From Intestinibacillus massiliensis (GTDB lineage: Bacteria > Bacillota > Clostridia > Oscillospirales > Butyricicoccaceae): 64,000 bases of DNA. A program made the position numbers and the translations under genes. Positions 47,688 to 56,823 of this stretch are shown piece after piece (position 1 is the first letter of the stretch; every line of letters begins with the position of its first letter). The notes beneath the pieces were generated by a model, which was not told where the DNA came from, made no database searches, and saw only the letters and a list, made by a program, of their open reading frames with translations. The stretch covers positions 466,171 through 530,170 of the forward strand of contig NZ_LT707059.1 of NCBI RefSeq assembly GCF_900155735.1, read 5' to 3'.

Positions 47688-48290
47688 ATGGTATCCATTC
47701 GTAAAAGAGGGGCGGTATACGGCGTTATTGCGCTGATGCTGTGCGTAGCGGTGTACTTAAACTGGAGCTACGTCAAAACGCCGGATGACCTGGTCGTCGC
47801 TCAGCAGGCCGACGAGGAGGCGCAGGCCGGGAAGAATTACGGCGAGGCGGAACAGGTCGACAGCCTGACAACGGACGGCACGGACGCGGAAACGGCGGCC
47901 GGGACGGCTCCGGAAGAAGCGGCGGTCGTTTCCAAGGAGGACTACTTCGCGCAGTCGCGGCTGTCGCGGGAAAAGGCGCGCGACGAGGCGATCAGCATCC
48001 TGAAGGAGACCGTGGAGAGCGATAAGGCGGATGAAAAGGCCAAGAACGAAGCCAGCCAGAAGATCTCCGCCCTTGCGGAAAACTCCGTGCAGGAAGCGCG
48101 GGTGGAGAGCCTCATCAAGGCCAAGGGCTACGCGGAAGCGGTCGTGTTTATCGGGGAGGACAGCGTCAACGTCATCGTACAGCCGCCCCAGGCGGGCTTT
48201 GAGGCGTCGGACGCTTCGAAAATCAAAGATATTGTGGTCACGGAGACCGGCGCGGCGGCGGACAAAATTAAAATTGTGGAAGCCGCCTGA
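47688..48290 (+). CDS. spoIIIAH: Stage III sporulation protein AH
   Basis: 200 aa, N-terminal TM, acidic linker, C-terminal YscJ/FliF-like domain. Confidence 0.8.
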   Translation: MVSIRKRGAVYGVIALMLCVAVYLNWSYVKTPDDLVVAQQADEEAQAGKNYGEAEQVDSLTTDGTDAETAAGTAPEEAAVVSKEDYFAQSRLSREKARDEAISILKETVESDKADEKAKNEASQKISALAENSVQEARVESLIKAKGYAEAVVFIGEDSVNVIVQPPQAGFEASDASKIKDIVVTETGAAADKIKIVEAA

Positions 48291-48426
48291 TCGCGGATTG
48301 CAGCTTTCCTTTTGGTCAAGACTATGGTATAATGTCTGAAAAGTAAAACCATGAAGGCGGCCATAGCAGGCGCCGGAGTGGCATGTGGCGCGCAGCGCCA
48401 TAACATGCAAAAGGAGAGTGAGCAGT

Positions 48427-48837
48427 ATGGCGGAAAACAACTACTGGTCCACAACGGGAGATCAGGGCACGATAAAAATCTCGGAAGACGTGGTTGCATC
48501 CATAGCGGCGCTTGCAGCGGCTGAAACCGACGGGGTCAGCGCCCTTTATTCCAGCCTTACCTCGGATATTGTGAGCTTCCTCGGGAAAAAGAACCTGTCG
48601 AAGGGCGTGAAAGTGTCCTTTGAAGGGGATTCGGTTGCGGTTGAGATCGGCTTCCTCGCTTCTTTCGGGTGCAACATCCGCGAGGTGGCGAAAAACGTGC
48701 AGGAAGCGGTCAAATCGTCCATCGAATCCATGACCGGCCTGGCCGTATCGGGCGTCAACATCTATGTCGGCGGTATTGCCTTTGCGCCTGCCGCGGAAGA
48801 GGAACCCGGGGCTGCACCCGCCGTACCGGAGGAATAA
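48427..48837 (+). CDS. Asp23/Gls24 family alkaline-shock protein (YqhY-like)
   Basis: MAENNYW...GTIKISEDVVASIAALAA. AGGAGAG RBS. TGnTATAAT extended -10 at about 48326-48334. Confidence 0.85.
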   Translation: MAENNYWSTTGDQGTIKISEDVVASIAALAAAETDGVSALYSSLTSDIVSFLGKKNLSKGVKVSFEGDSVAVEIGFLASFGCNIREVAKNVQEAVKSSIESMTGLAVSGVNIYVGGIAFAPAAEEEPGAAPAVPEE

Positions 48838-48849
48838 CTGCATACTGCC

Positions 48850-48881
48850 AAGCGGCCGGCTTTAATAGCGGCCGCTTTTTT
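48850..48881 (+). terminator. Intrinsic terminator after asp23-family gene
   Basis: AAGCGGCCG-gctttaatag-CGGCCGCTT followed by TTTT. Confidence 0.6.
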
Positions 48882-48968
48882 GTGTTTAAAACCTTGCGTT
48901 TCCTGGGGCTTTGGGGTAAAATAGCTTTATTATGGATGATTATGCAGTTAGATTTGCGGAGGATTGCT

Positions 48969-49421
48969 GTGAGCAGAAAAAAAGCGAGAGAAATTGCCCT
49001 GCATCTGATTTTTGAGATGGGCTTTAAAGAATTTCAGGCGGAAGAGGTTCTGGCCGACCGTTTGGATGAGAGTATTATGTCCTCCATCAGCGGGGATATT
49101 GCGCTGTATGCGGGCAAACTGTCCGAAGCGCAGACGGCGTACATCGTAGCGGTGGTGAAGGGCGTCGCCTCCCACTTGCAGGAACTGGACGCCGTGATCG
49201 AGGAGAACGCGCATGGCTGGAATATGTCGCGCCTGTCGAAAATGACGGTGGCGGTGCTCCGCCTGGCGCTTTACGAAATGCGGTATGTCGAAGACGTGCC
49301 GACAGGCGCGGCGATCAACGAGGCCGTCGAGCTGGCCAAGACCTATGAAACGGAAGAGGCGGGCGCGTTTGTCAACGGCATCCTCGGCACAGTCAGCCGG
49401 GCGCAGGAAGCGGTAGAATGA
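48969..49421 (+). CDS. nusB: Transcription antitermination factor NusB
   Basis: GTG start after GGAGGA. SRKKAREIALHLIFEM NusB N-terminal signature. Own promoter TTGCGT-17-TAAAAT upstream. Confidence 0.85.
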   Translation: MSRKKAREIALHLIFEMGFKEFQAEEVLADRLDESIMSSISGDIALYAGKLSEAQTAYIVAVVKGVASHLQELDAVIEENAHGWNMSRLSKMTVAVLRLALYEMRYVEDVPTGAAINEAVELAKTYETEEAGAFVNGILGTVSRAQEAVE

Positions 49422-50359
49422 ACACGTACCTGGGGATTGATACCAGCAATTACCGCACGTCCGCCGCTATATTTGACGCGGGGACGGGGCAGTGGCGTAA
49501 TGAGGGGCGGCTGCTTGACGTGCCGCAGGGCAAGATCGGCCTGCGGCAGTCCGAAGCGTTGTTCCAGCACACCGTACGCTTGCATGAAATGGTTGCACGC
49601 TTACCCGCCGGCGCGGGTAAGAGCGTCCGCGCGGTTGGCGTGAGCACCAGGCCGCGCGCCGTGGAGGGTTCTTATATGCCTTGCTTCCTCGCGGGGGAAA
49701 ATGTAGCACGCAGCGCGGCGCATCTGTTGGATGTGCCGCTTGTCGTTTGTTCCCATCAGCAGGGGCATTTGGCGGCGGCAGCCCTGTCGGCCGGCGCGCT
49801 CCATTTGCTGCATACGCCTTTCCTGGCATGGCACCTATCCGGCGGCACGACGGAGTTGCTGCTTGTGCGGCCGGGGGCAGACGGGATGCCGGATGCGGCC
49901 TGTATCGGCGGCACCAGCGACCTGTCGGCCGGGCAACTGGTCGACCGGGCGGGGAACTTGCTGGGGCTTGGCTTCCCAGCGGGCGCAGCCCTGGATGATT
50001 TGGCGCAGGCGGCGGAAAATCCGGTAAAACCGTTTGCGCCCAAGGTGCGGGACGGCATATTTTCCCTTTCCGGTGTCGAGAATAAGCTACAGGAGCTATT
50101 GGACCGCCACACACCCGCGCCGGAGCTTGCCCGGTTTACGGTGGAGACCATTGGGCGCGCGGTTTGCACGGCAACCGCACAGGCGCTCGCGCGTTACCCC
50201 CTGCCCGTGCTGTGCGCGGGCGGCGTGATGGCGAATACGATCCTGCGGGAAATGCTCAGCAGGCAGTTTGATGCGCACTTTGCCGCGCCGCAGCTATCCG
50301 GGGATAACGCGGTAGGCGTTGCGGTGCTGGCTGCGGTTAGAAATGGGGAACCATTATGA
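49418..50359 (+). CDS. Kae1/TsaD-like ASKHA-fold protein (glycoprotease family)
   Basis: GIDTSNYRTSAAIF N-terminus and CSHQQGHL motif resembling the TsaD HxxGH site. Overlaps the nusB stop. Confidence 0.6.
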   Translation: MNTYLGIDTSNYRTSAAIFDAGTGQWRNEGRLLDVPQGKIGLRQSEALFQHTVRLHEMVARLPAGAGKSVRAVGVSTRPRAVEGSYMPCFLAGENVARSAAHLLDVPLVVCSHQQGHLAAAALSAGALHLLHTPFLAWHLSGGTTELLLVRPGADGMPDAACIGGTSDLSAGQLVDRAGNLLGLGFPAGAALDDLAQAAENPVKPFAPKVRDGIFSLSGVENKLQELLDRHTPAPELARFTVETIGRAVCTATAQALARYPLPVLCAGGVMANTILREMLSRQFDAHFAAPQLSGDNAVGVAVLAAVRNGEPL

Positions 50360-51651
50360 GGGACGGGCTATATACCGTTACACAACTGAATAACGAGATC
50401 AAGTCGATGCTGGAGGGGAACCCCTCTTTCCGAAACATTTTTGTACAAGGGGAGATATCCAACTACAAGGCGCACTCCTCCGGCCACCATTATATGACGC
50501 TAAAGGATGAAGGCGCGGCGATTAGCGCGGTGCTTTTCCGTTCGGACGCGGCGCGGCTGCGGTTCCGTTTGCAGAACGGCATGCATGTGGTGGCGCGCGG
50601 GCGGATCAGCTCCTTCCCGCGCACCGGCCAGGTGCAGATGTATCTCGCCGACCTGATGCCGGACGGTACAGGCGCACTGCACATGGCGTTCGAGCAGCTT
50701 AAAACAAAGCTTTACGCTGAAGGGATGTTTTCGGAAGCACGCAAACGTGCGCTGCCCGCGTTCCCAGGCACCGTGGCGCTGATCACTTCACCAACCGGTG
50801 CGGCGGTGCGCGACATGGTGCGCATCCTGGGACGGCGGTGGCCGCTGGCGGAGGTGCGGGTATATCCCGCGCTTGTCCAAGGGGCGGACGCGCCGGCAGA
50901 CCTGTGCCGCGCCCTCTCAGAGGTCAATGCGCAGGGGGAGGCCGACCTGATTATCATAGGCCGGGGCGGCGGCTCGATGGAAGACCTGTGGGCGTTCAAT
51001 GAAGAATGCGTCGCTAGGGCAATCGCCGCGTCGCAAATCCCGGTCGTCTCGGCAGTCGGCCACGAGCCGGATGTCACCATCGCGGATTTTGTCGGGGATA
51101 TGCGCGCGCCGACACCGTCGGGCGCGGCGGAACTCACCGTGCCCGACAAGGAAGAAGTCGCCCTTGCGCTTGCTCGGCTCGAGACGTCTCTCCGCAGCGC
51201 CATGCTGGGGAAGGTAAAGCAAAGCAGGCAATGGGTTACGCATCTTGACGAGCGGTTTTCCCTGCGCACCCCCGCACGGAAAATTGCAGACCAGAGGGCG
51301 GCGCTGGGACAATTAACGGAGCGCTTGCAGCTCCGCACACCGAAAAATATAGTTGACGAAAAACGTCTTATTTTAGAGCATATTGCGGATAAAATACAGA
51401 TATATTTGAAAGAAAAGATTGATGTAAAGCGAAAAGGCTTGTCAGAAGCGACGGTTGCGCTCGACGCGCTTAGCCCCCTGAAGGTGCTTGCCAGGGGGTA
51501 TGCGGTCGCTTTTAACCCGCAGGGGAAGCCGGTGATGGACAGCCGGAGCCTGGCGGCCGGGGACACATTGGAGATGCGTTTTGCGCGCGGCGCGGCAAAA
51601 TGCAGCGTATTGGAAACGAGGAATACAGATGAAAAAGAAACAGGGCTTTGA
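50356..51651 (+). CDS. xseA: Exodeoxyribonuclease VII large subunit
   Basis: 431 aa, OB-fold N-terminus plus catalytic domain. Confidence 0.9.
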   Translation: MRDGLYTVTQLNNEIKSMLEGNPSFRNIFVQGEISNYKAHSSGHHYMTLKDEGAAISAVLFRSDAARLRFRLQNGMHVVARGRISSFPRTGQVQMYLADLMPDGTGALHMAFEQLKTKLYAEGMFSEARKRALPAFPGTVALITSPTGAAVRDMVRILGRRWPLAEVRVYPALVQGADAPADLCRALSEVNAQGEADLIIIGRGGGSMEDLWAFNEECVARAIAASQIPVVSAVGHEPDVTIADFVGDMRAPTPSGAAELTVPDKEEVALALARLETSLRSAMLGKVKQSRQWVTHLDERFSLRTPARKIADQRAALGQLTERLQLRTPKNIVDEKRLILEHIADKIQIYLKEKIDVKRKGLSEATVALDALSPLKVLARGYAVAFNPQGKPVMDSRSLAAGDTLEMRFARGAAKCSVLETRNTDEKETGL

Positions 51652-51874
51652 AGAGGCCATGCAGCGTTTGGAGCAAATCGTCCGCCAATTGGAGCATGGC
51701 GATACGACCTTGGAAGAGAGCATGAAGCTGTTTGAAGAAGGGATGAAGCTGTCGGCCGCCTTGGGCAAGCAGCTGGATACCGCAGAACAGAAGGTCACGC
51801 TCATGCTTAAGGATGAAGCTGGCGAACCGGTAGGGCAGGCGTTCTCGCCGGAGGGGAATGACAATGAAATTTGA
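51629..51874 (+). CDS. xseB: Exodeoxyribonuclease VII small subunit
   Basis: MKKKQGFEEAMQRLEQIVRQLEHGDTTLEESMKLFEEGMKL. Overlaps the xseA 3' end. Confidence 0.85.
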   Translation: MKKKQGFEEAMQRLEQIVRQLEHGDTTLEESMKLFEEGMKLSAALGKQLDTAEQKVTLMLKDEAGEPVGQAFSPEGNDNEI

Positions 51875-52748
51875 TGAACAACTGTCAGAAGACATTAAGG
51901 TTGTCGAAGAAACGCTGAAAAAGCATCTTTCGTGCGAAGAAGCGCGTGGACAGGAAAATATTTATGATGCTGTAAAGTATTCTGCCTTTGCGGGCGGGAA
52001 ACGGCTCAGGCCGGTGCTGACCATCGAATTTTGCCGCGCCTGTGGGGCGGATATCCAATCCGCACTGCCCTTTGCCGCGGCAATCGAAATGGTGCACACC
52101 TATTCGCTGATCCACGACGACCTGCCCTGCATGGACGACGACGACCTGCGCCGCGGGCGGCCGACGAACCATAAAGTTTATGGCGAGGCCATGGCGGTTT
52201 TGGCGGGCGATGGGCTGCTGAACCGCGCGTTTGAAACGGCGCTGCAGCCGGGGGTACCCCTTCCCGCGGAAACGGTGCTGCGCGCGGCCACCGCTTTGGC
52301 GCGCGCCTCCGGTATGGACGGGATGATCGGCGGGCAGGTCATCGACATGGAGGCCGAAGGCCATATGCTGAGCGCTGAGGAACTGCAAAACCTGCAGGAT
52401 CTTAAAACTGGCGCGCTGATCCGCGCGGCGGTACAGATGGGCTGCATCGTCGGCGGCGCAGACGAAAAGCAGATGGCCGCGGCGGACGTCTATGCGTCCC
52501 GCCTGGGGCTGGCGTTCCAAATCCAGGATGACATCCTGGATATCGAGGGCAGCACCGAAACGTTTGGCAAGCCGGTCGGCAGCGATGCGGAAAACCGGAA
52601 ATGCACCTACCCGTCCCTGCTTGGGCTGGAAAAGTGCCATACCCTGGTACGTAACCTAACGCAGGAGGCAGTTGAGGCGCTTTCGGCCTTTGGCGACACC
52701 GCGTTTTTGCGCGCGCTGGCGGAAAGCCTGGCCACGCGCGACCATTGA
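51858..52748 (+). CDS. ispA: Polyprenyl (farnesyl/geranylgeranyl) diphosphate synthase
   Basis: DDLPCMDDDDLRRG first Asp-rich motif and DDILD second motif. Confidence 0.85.
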   Translation: MTMKFDEQLSEDIKVVEETLKKHLSCEEARGQENIYDAVKYSAFAGGKRLRPVLTIEFCRACGADIQSALPFAAAIEMVHTYSLIHDDLPCMDDDDLRRGRPTNHKVYGEAMAVLAGDGLLNRAFETALQPGVPLPAETVLRAATALARASGMDGMIGGQVIDMEAEGHMLSAEELQNLQDLKTGALIRAAVQMGCIVGGADEKQMAAADVYASRLGLAFQIQDDILDIEGSTETFGKPVGSDAENRKCTYPSLLGLEKCHTLVRNLTQEAVEALSAFGDTAFLRALAESLATRDH

Positions 52749-52784
52749 GGTTTGCCGGGCTGAGAGAATTCACAGACGGTTCAC

Positions 52785-52813
52785 TTGAAATATCGCGCGT
52801 GTTATGGTAATAT
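52785..52813 (+). promoter_or_regulatory. Sigma70 promoter driving the non-coding interval
   Basis: TTGAAA, 17 nt, TAATAT, 37 nt after the ispA stop. Confidence 0.5.
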
Positions 52814-52819
52814 TTCTAA

Positions 52820-53495
52820 CGAGTGGTGCAGTATCCTAGTCAGTGCATACGATTCCCAGGACGGGCCTAAAAATCCGTAGAAGGGCACATCGATGAAGTC
52901 TCTGGTGCTTGCTTCTTACGCCCAGTTTGGGGTGAGTGCTGGAGGTTAAGGCTTTAGGGCGCGCTTCAATGGCATGAAGTACCGACCCTATTGCCGTGGA
53001 GACCTGTATTCGTGGGACACCTATAGCATCGGTCCGCCGGTTGATGGATGTCCTACGGTACAGGGTGGAACCTGCATTGCGGTATGGAGCGTTTCCTCCC
53101 GGAGGCGCGAAGTGCTGTGTGCAGTGTAGCCTGCCTTGCGTGGTTATGGTGGATGGCGTATCCGCCCGTGGTTTCCCGGCCAGGAACGCCGCGGGAATTG
53201 ACGCTTGAAACCATAGCTGCAAAAGAGGCTAAGAATCGTGTTGGCTGCAGTGGAAATCACCTAGGCTGTCCGAGAGGGGCAGGCGTTGGGATTGCAGTAC
53301 GGACTAAGTGGCAATTCGGTCCCGGTGATGGTAACATCCCGGCTCGGGCTTTAAAGGGAAACCGCCATGACGGCGACGCGTGGCAGCCCCCGGGGAAATC
53401 CAACCGAACCTCAAGCCGTAAGATTAACCTCGCCTGCCGCCACTCATTTTACGAATGCATTGGCCTGAAATGCAAATTTCGGGCATTTTATATTT
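52820..53495 (+). ncRNA. ole: Candidate OLE (ornate large extremophilic) RNA
   Basis: About 675 nt with no plausible ORF (frames are W/C/R-rich and lack an RBS). GC content resembles coding DNA, unlike the AT-rich true intergenic spacers in this window. It has its own promoter and a GNRA-capped terminator hairpin, and lies between ispA and a 4-TM protein followed by dxs-tlyA-nadK-argR-recN. Confidence 0.6.
53463..53495 (+). terminator. Intrinsic terminator at the 3' end of the candidate OLE RNA
   Basis: GCCTGAAAT-GCAA-ATTTCGGGC (GNRA tetraloop) followed by ATTTTATATTT. Confidence 0.6.
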
Positions 53496-53511
53496 AAAGG
53501 GGCGAACTTTT

Positions 53512-54099
53512 TTGGACGGGACGGACAAACGGAAGCGGAAACCAAGGCAGGGGATTTGGCGGCTGGTGAATTTCCGCTGGGTCATCACGATCACGGTGCT
53601 CAGCCTGCTGATCTCCATGTCGCTTTCCTATCTTTCCACGGAGGCGCTTGCCAATGTAGGGAACCTTGCCGCGTTCCTTATCTTGTTTATCTTTATTGCG
53701 CTTGGTATTTTGTTTGACATCATCGGCGTCGCGGCCACCTCGGCGACGGAAAAAGAGTTCCATTCCATGGCCGCAAAGAAAGTCAAGGGCGCGAAAGAGG
53801 CCGTTTGGCTCACGCGCAACGCGGAAAAGGTGTCCAGCTTCTGCAACGACGTGGTCGGCGACATCTCGGGCATCATTTCGGGTGCGACGGGCGCGGTCAT
53901 CATCGCGCGCGTGACGGGCGGCCTGGGGCCTGCGCCCGCCGTGGTCGTATCGCTCACGGTGACCGGGTGCATCGCAGCCATGACAATCGGCGGCAAGGCT
54001 GCGGGCAAAGCGCTCGGCATCGGCTTTAACGGCACAATTTTGTTTGCTGTAGGCAGGCTTTTATCTATTTTGCCATTTTCTTTTGATAAAAAGAAGTAG
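53512..54099 (+). CDS. oapA: OapA-like (OLE-associated) four-TM membrane protein
   Basis: TTG start after AAAGGGG. K/R-rich N-terminus (DGTDKRKRKPRQG) then 4 predicted TM helices. Sits between the non-coding interval and dxs. Confidence 0.6.
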   Translation: MDGTDKRKRKPRQGIWRLVNFRWVITITVLSLLISMSLSYLSTEALANVGNLAAFLILFIFIALGILFDIIGVAATSATEKEFHSMAAKKVKGAKEAVWLTRNAEKVSSFCNDVVGDISGIISGATGAVIIARVTGGLGPAPAVVVSLTVTGCIAAMTIGGKAAGKALGIGFNGTILFAVGRLLSILPFSFDKKK

Positions 54100-54120
54100 G
54101 CGTTATTTTCGGGAGTCAGT

Positions 54121-55998
54121 ATGAAACGTTATGGCGTACTTGACAGGATTAATAAGACGGCGGATTTGCGCGAGCTGCCGTACAGCGTGCTATATGAGCT
54201 GTGCGGCAGCCTGCGCGAATTTATCATAGACCATGTTTCACAGACGGGGGGGCACCTTTCGTCAAACCTGGGCATCGTCGAGCTTGCGGTTGCGCTTGAG
54301 CGTGTGTTCGACTCAAACCGCGACCGCATTATTTATGATGTGGGGCACCAGTGTTACGTCCACAAAATCCTCACCGGGCGCAAAGAAGCCTTCACGTCGC
54401 TGCGGCAGTATGGCGGGCTTTCGGGATTCCTCAAGCCGGAGGAGAGCCAGACAGACCCCTGCATCACCGGGCACGCTTCCAGTTCGGTATCGGTGGCGCT
54501 CGGCATGGCGCATGCGCGCACGCTCAAGAACCAGAAGTATCATGTCGTTGCCGTGATTGGCGACGGCGCGCTGACCGGTGGCATGGCGTATGAAGCGCTC
54601 AATAACGCGGGCGGCAGCGGGGAACCGCTGATCGTCGTTTTAAATGACAATAATATGTCGATTACACAGAATGTCGGCGCGATGAGCCGCCATTTGGCGC
54701 ATTTGCGCGTCAGTCCGCGGTATCAGCGCGCCAAGGCGAAGGTCAAGGGCGCGCTTTCCCACGTACCGGGGGGGCGCACGCTGACAAACGGGATTTCCCG
54801 GGTCAAAAGCGGCATTAAAAGCGTCGTACTGCCGACCACGCTGTTTGAACAGATGGGGTTTGCCTATCTCGGCCCGGTGGACGGGCATGACCTCAAGGCC
54901 GTGTGCGAGATTTTGACACGGGCGAAGGCGATGAAGCAGCCGGTGCTGCTCCATGTCATGACGCGCAAAGGCAAGGGCTACCGGTTCGCGGAGGAGCACC
55001 CGGGCAGTTTCCACGGCGTTTCGCCCTTCGATGTTTTGACAGGCAAGCCGCTGAAACCAGCCGGTATGAATTTTTCCGCTTGCTTCGGGGAGGCGCTATC
55101 GGCGCTCGCCTCACAGGACGAGCGCATCTGCGCCGTCACGGCCGCGATGTCCTCCGGCACCGGCCTGACGGGGTTTGCCGAAAAATACCCGTCCCGGTTT
55201 TTTGACGTCGGTATCGCGGAGGAACATGCGGTGGCGATGTGCGCCGGCATGGCCAAGCAAGGCCTGAAGCCGGTCTGCGCGCTCTATTCAACTTTTTTGC
55301 AGCGCGCATATGATCAAATTATCCACGACGTCGCGATCGAAGGGATCGGCGTGGTGTTTGCCATCGACCGCGCCGGCGTAGTCGGCGAGGACGGCGCGAC
55401 GCATAACGGCGTTTTTGACGTCGGATTCCTGCAGCAGATCCCCGGCGTCACGATCCTGTGCCCGTCCAATTTTGACGAGTTGCGCAGCATGCTGGCGCAG
55501 GCCATCTATAAACGCGGCGGGCCGGTCGCGATCCGTTACCCGCGCGGCGGCGAAGGCGCTTTTACGACGGACACGTCGTCAGAATGGGCGGCCTGCCTGA
55601 CGGGGACGGATAGCCCGGATGTTTCCATTGTCACCTATGGGATCATGGTAAACCAGGCGCTGCAGGCTGCGTCCCTGCTCGAAGGCCAGGGCGTCCGCGT
55701 GCAGGTCTGGAAAATCAACGAGATCAGCGAACAGACCCGGCGCCTGCCGGAAGGATGGGTGCAGTCCTTGGGCGGCAGGGTGCTGGTACTGGAAGACGCG
55801 GTGCACAATGGCTGCTATGGCAAAAGCATAGAGGAAGCGCTGCAGGGCACCGGTATCGAAGTTTGCCTGTGCAACCTGGGCAACCGTTTCCTGCCGCATG
55901 GCAGTGTTGCACAGCTTTATAAAGAATGCGGGATAGACGGGGAAAGCGTCGCCCTGCGCATACAGGAATGGGCGGCATGCCAGCATATGGACGGCTGA
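54121..55998 (+). CDS. dxs: 1-deoxy-D-xylulose-5-phosphate synthase
   Basis: 625 aa, TPP-binding GDG...N motif and transketolase-like domains. Confidence 0.95.
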   Translation: MKRYGVLDRINKTADLRELPYSVLYELCGSLREFIIDHVSQTGGHLSSNLGIVELAVALERVFDSNRDRIIYDVGHQCYVHKILTGRKEAFTSLRQYGGLSGFLKPEESQTDPCITGHASSSVSVALGMAHARTLKNQKYHVVAVIGDGALTGGMAYEALNNAGGSGEPLIVVLNDNNMSITQNVGAMSRHLAHLRVSPRYQRAKAKVKGALSHVPGGRTLTNGISRVKSGIKSVVLPTTLFEQMGFAYLGPVDGHDLKAVCEILTRAKAMKQPVLLHVMTRKGKGYRFAEEHPGSFHGVSPFDVLTGKPLKPAGMNFSACFGEALSALASQDERICAVTAAMSSGTGLTGFAEKYPSRFFDVGIAEEHAVAMCAGMAKQGLKPVCALYSTFLQRAYDQIIHDVAIEGIGVVFAIDRAGVVGEDGATHNGVFDVGFLQQIPGVTILCPSNFDELRSMLAQAIYKRGGPVAIRYPRGGEGAFTTDTSSEWAACLTGTDSPDVSIVTYGIMVNQALQAASLLEGQGVRVQVWKINEISEQTRRLPEGWVQSLGGRVLVLEDAVHNGCYGKSIEEALQGTGIEVCLCNLGNRFLPHGSVAQLYKECGIDGESVALRIQEWAACQHMDG

Positions 55999-56012
55999 CG
56001 GGAAGGGGAAAC

Positions 56013-56810
56013 ATGAGCAAAAAGAGATTGGACGTACTGCTGTTTGAAAAAGGGCTGTGCCCTTCTCGCGAACGGGCAAAAATTGCGATTATGGAGGGCA
56101 TCGTCTATATCGACGGGCAAAAGGCGGGCAAAGCCGGGGACCAGGTGGAAGAGACCGCGTCGGTTGAGGTGCGGGACAACGGGAAAAGCTTTGTCAGCCG
56201 CGGCGGCCATAAAATTGAAAAAGCCCTCGATTATTTTGCCATAGACCCTGCAGGCCTCGTGGTGATGGATGTGGGCGCGTCGACCGGCGGCTTTACGGAC
56301 TGCCTGCTGCGGCGCGGCGCAAGCAAGGTCTACTCTATTGACGTTGGGTACGGCCAGCTCGCGTGGAGCCTGCGGACGGACCCGCGCGTCGTATGCATGG
56401 AGCGTACAAATATCCGCCACGTCACGCCGGATATGCTGGATGGGACGCCGTCCCTCGCGGTGATCGACGTTTCCTTTATTTCACTCAAACTTGTGCTGCC
56501 GGTGGTCGCAAACCTGCTGTCGGGGGATGGGCGGGTCGCCTGCCTGATCAAGCCACAGTTTGAGGCCGGCAAGGGGCGCGTCGGGAAAAAAGGCGTGGTG
56601 CGCGAACCTGAAATCCATGCGGACGTGCTGCATGCCTTTCTAGAGAATGCGCATGCTGCCGGTTTCCAGGTTATGAACCTGACCTTTTCCCCAATCAAAG
56701 GGCCGGAGGGCAACATAGAGTTTTTAGGGTATCTGGGCAAGGGTGCGGAAGAATCCGTCCCGGATATCGACGAAGTCGTAAGGCAGGCGCACGAGGCGCT
56801 GGACAGGTAG
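56013..56810 (+). CDS. tlyA: TlyA family rRNA 2'-O-methyltransferase (S4 plus FtsJ-like)
   Basis: MSKKRLDVLLFEKGL S4 domain, GASTGGFTD SAM motif. Confidence 0.85.
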   Translation: MSKKRLDVLLFEKGLCPSRERAKIAIMEGIVYIDGQKAGKAGDQVEETASVEVRDNGKSFVSRGGHKIEKALDYFAIDPAGLVVMDVGASTGGFTDCLLRRGASKVYSIDVGYGQLAWSLRTDPRVVCMERTNIRHVTPDMLDGTPSLAVIDVSFISLKLVLPVVANLLSGDGRVACLIKPQFEAGKGRVGKKGVVREPEIHADVLHAFLENAHAAGFQVMNLTFSPIKGPEGNIEFLGYLGKGAEESVPDIDEVVRQAHEALDR

Positions 56811-56823
56811 GGTTTTAAACACT

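Noticed and set aside
52820-53495. Alternative identities for the large non-coding region: tmRNA, RNase P RNA, 6S RNA, group I/II intron
   Set aside because: There is no tRNA-like CCA-ending 3' domain and no tag reading frame ending in ...AA-stop. The RNase P P4 motifs (AGGAAAGUCCGGGCUC / ACAGAACCCGGCUUA) are absent. The region is too long for 6S RNA. There is no intron-encoded protein and no interrupted host gene. Only the genomic context matches OLE.
53048-53497. 149-aa ORF inside the ispA-dxs non-coding interval (also 52996-53208 and minus 52836-53222)
   Set aside because: The frames are Trp/Cys/Arg-rich with no RBS and run through the terminator hairpin. The interval is better explained as a structured RNA.
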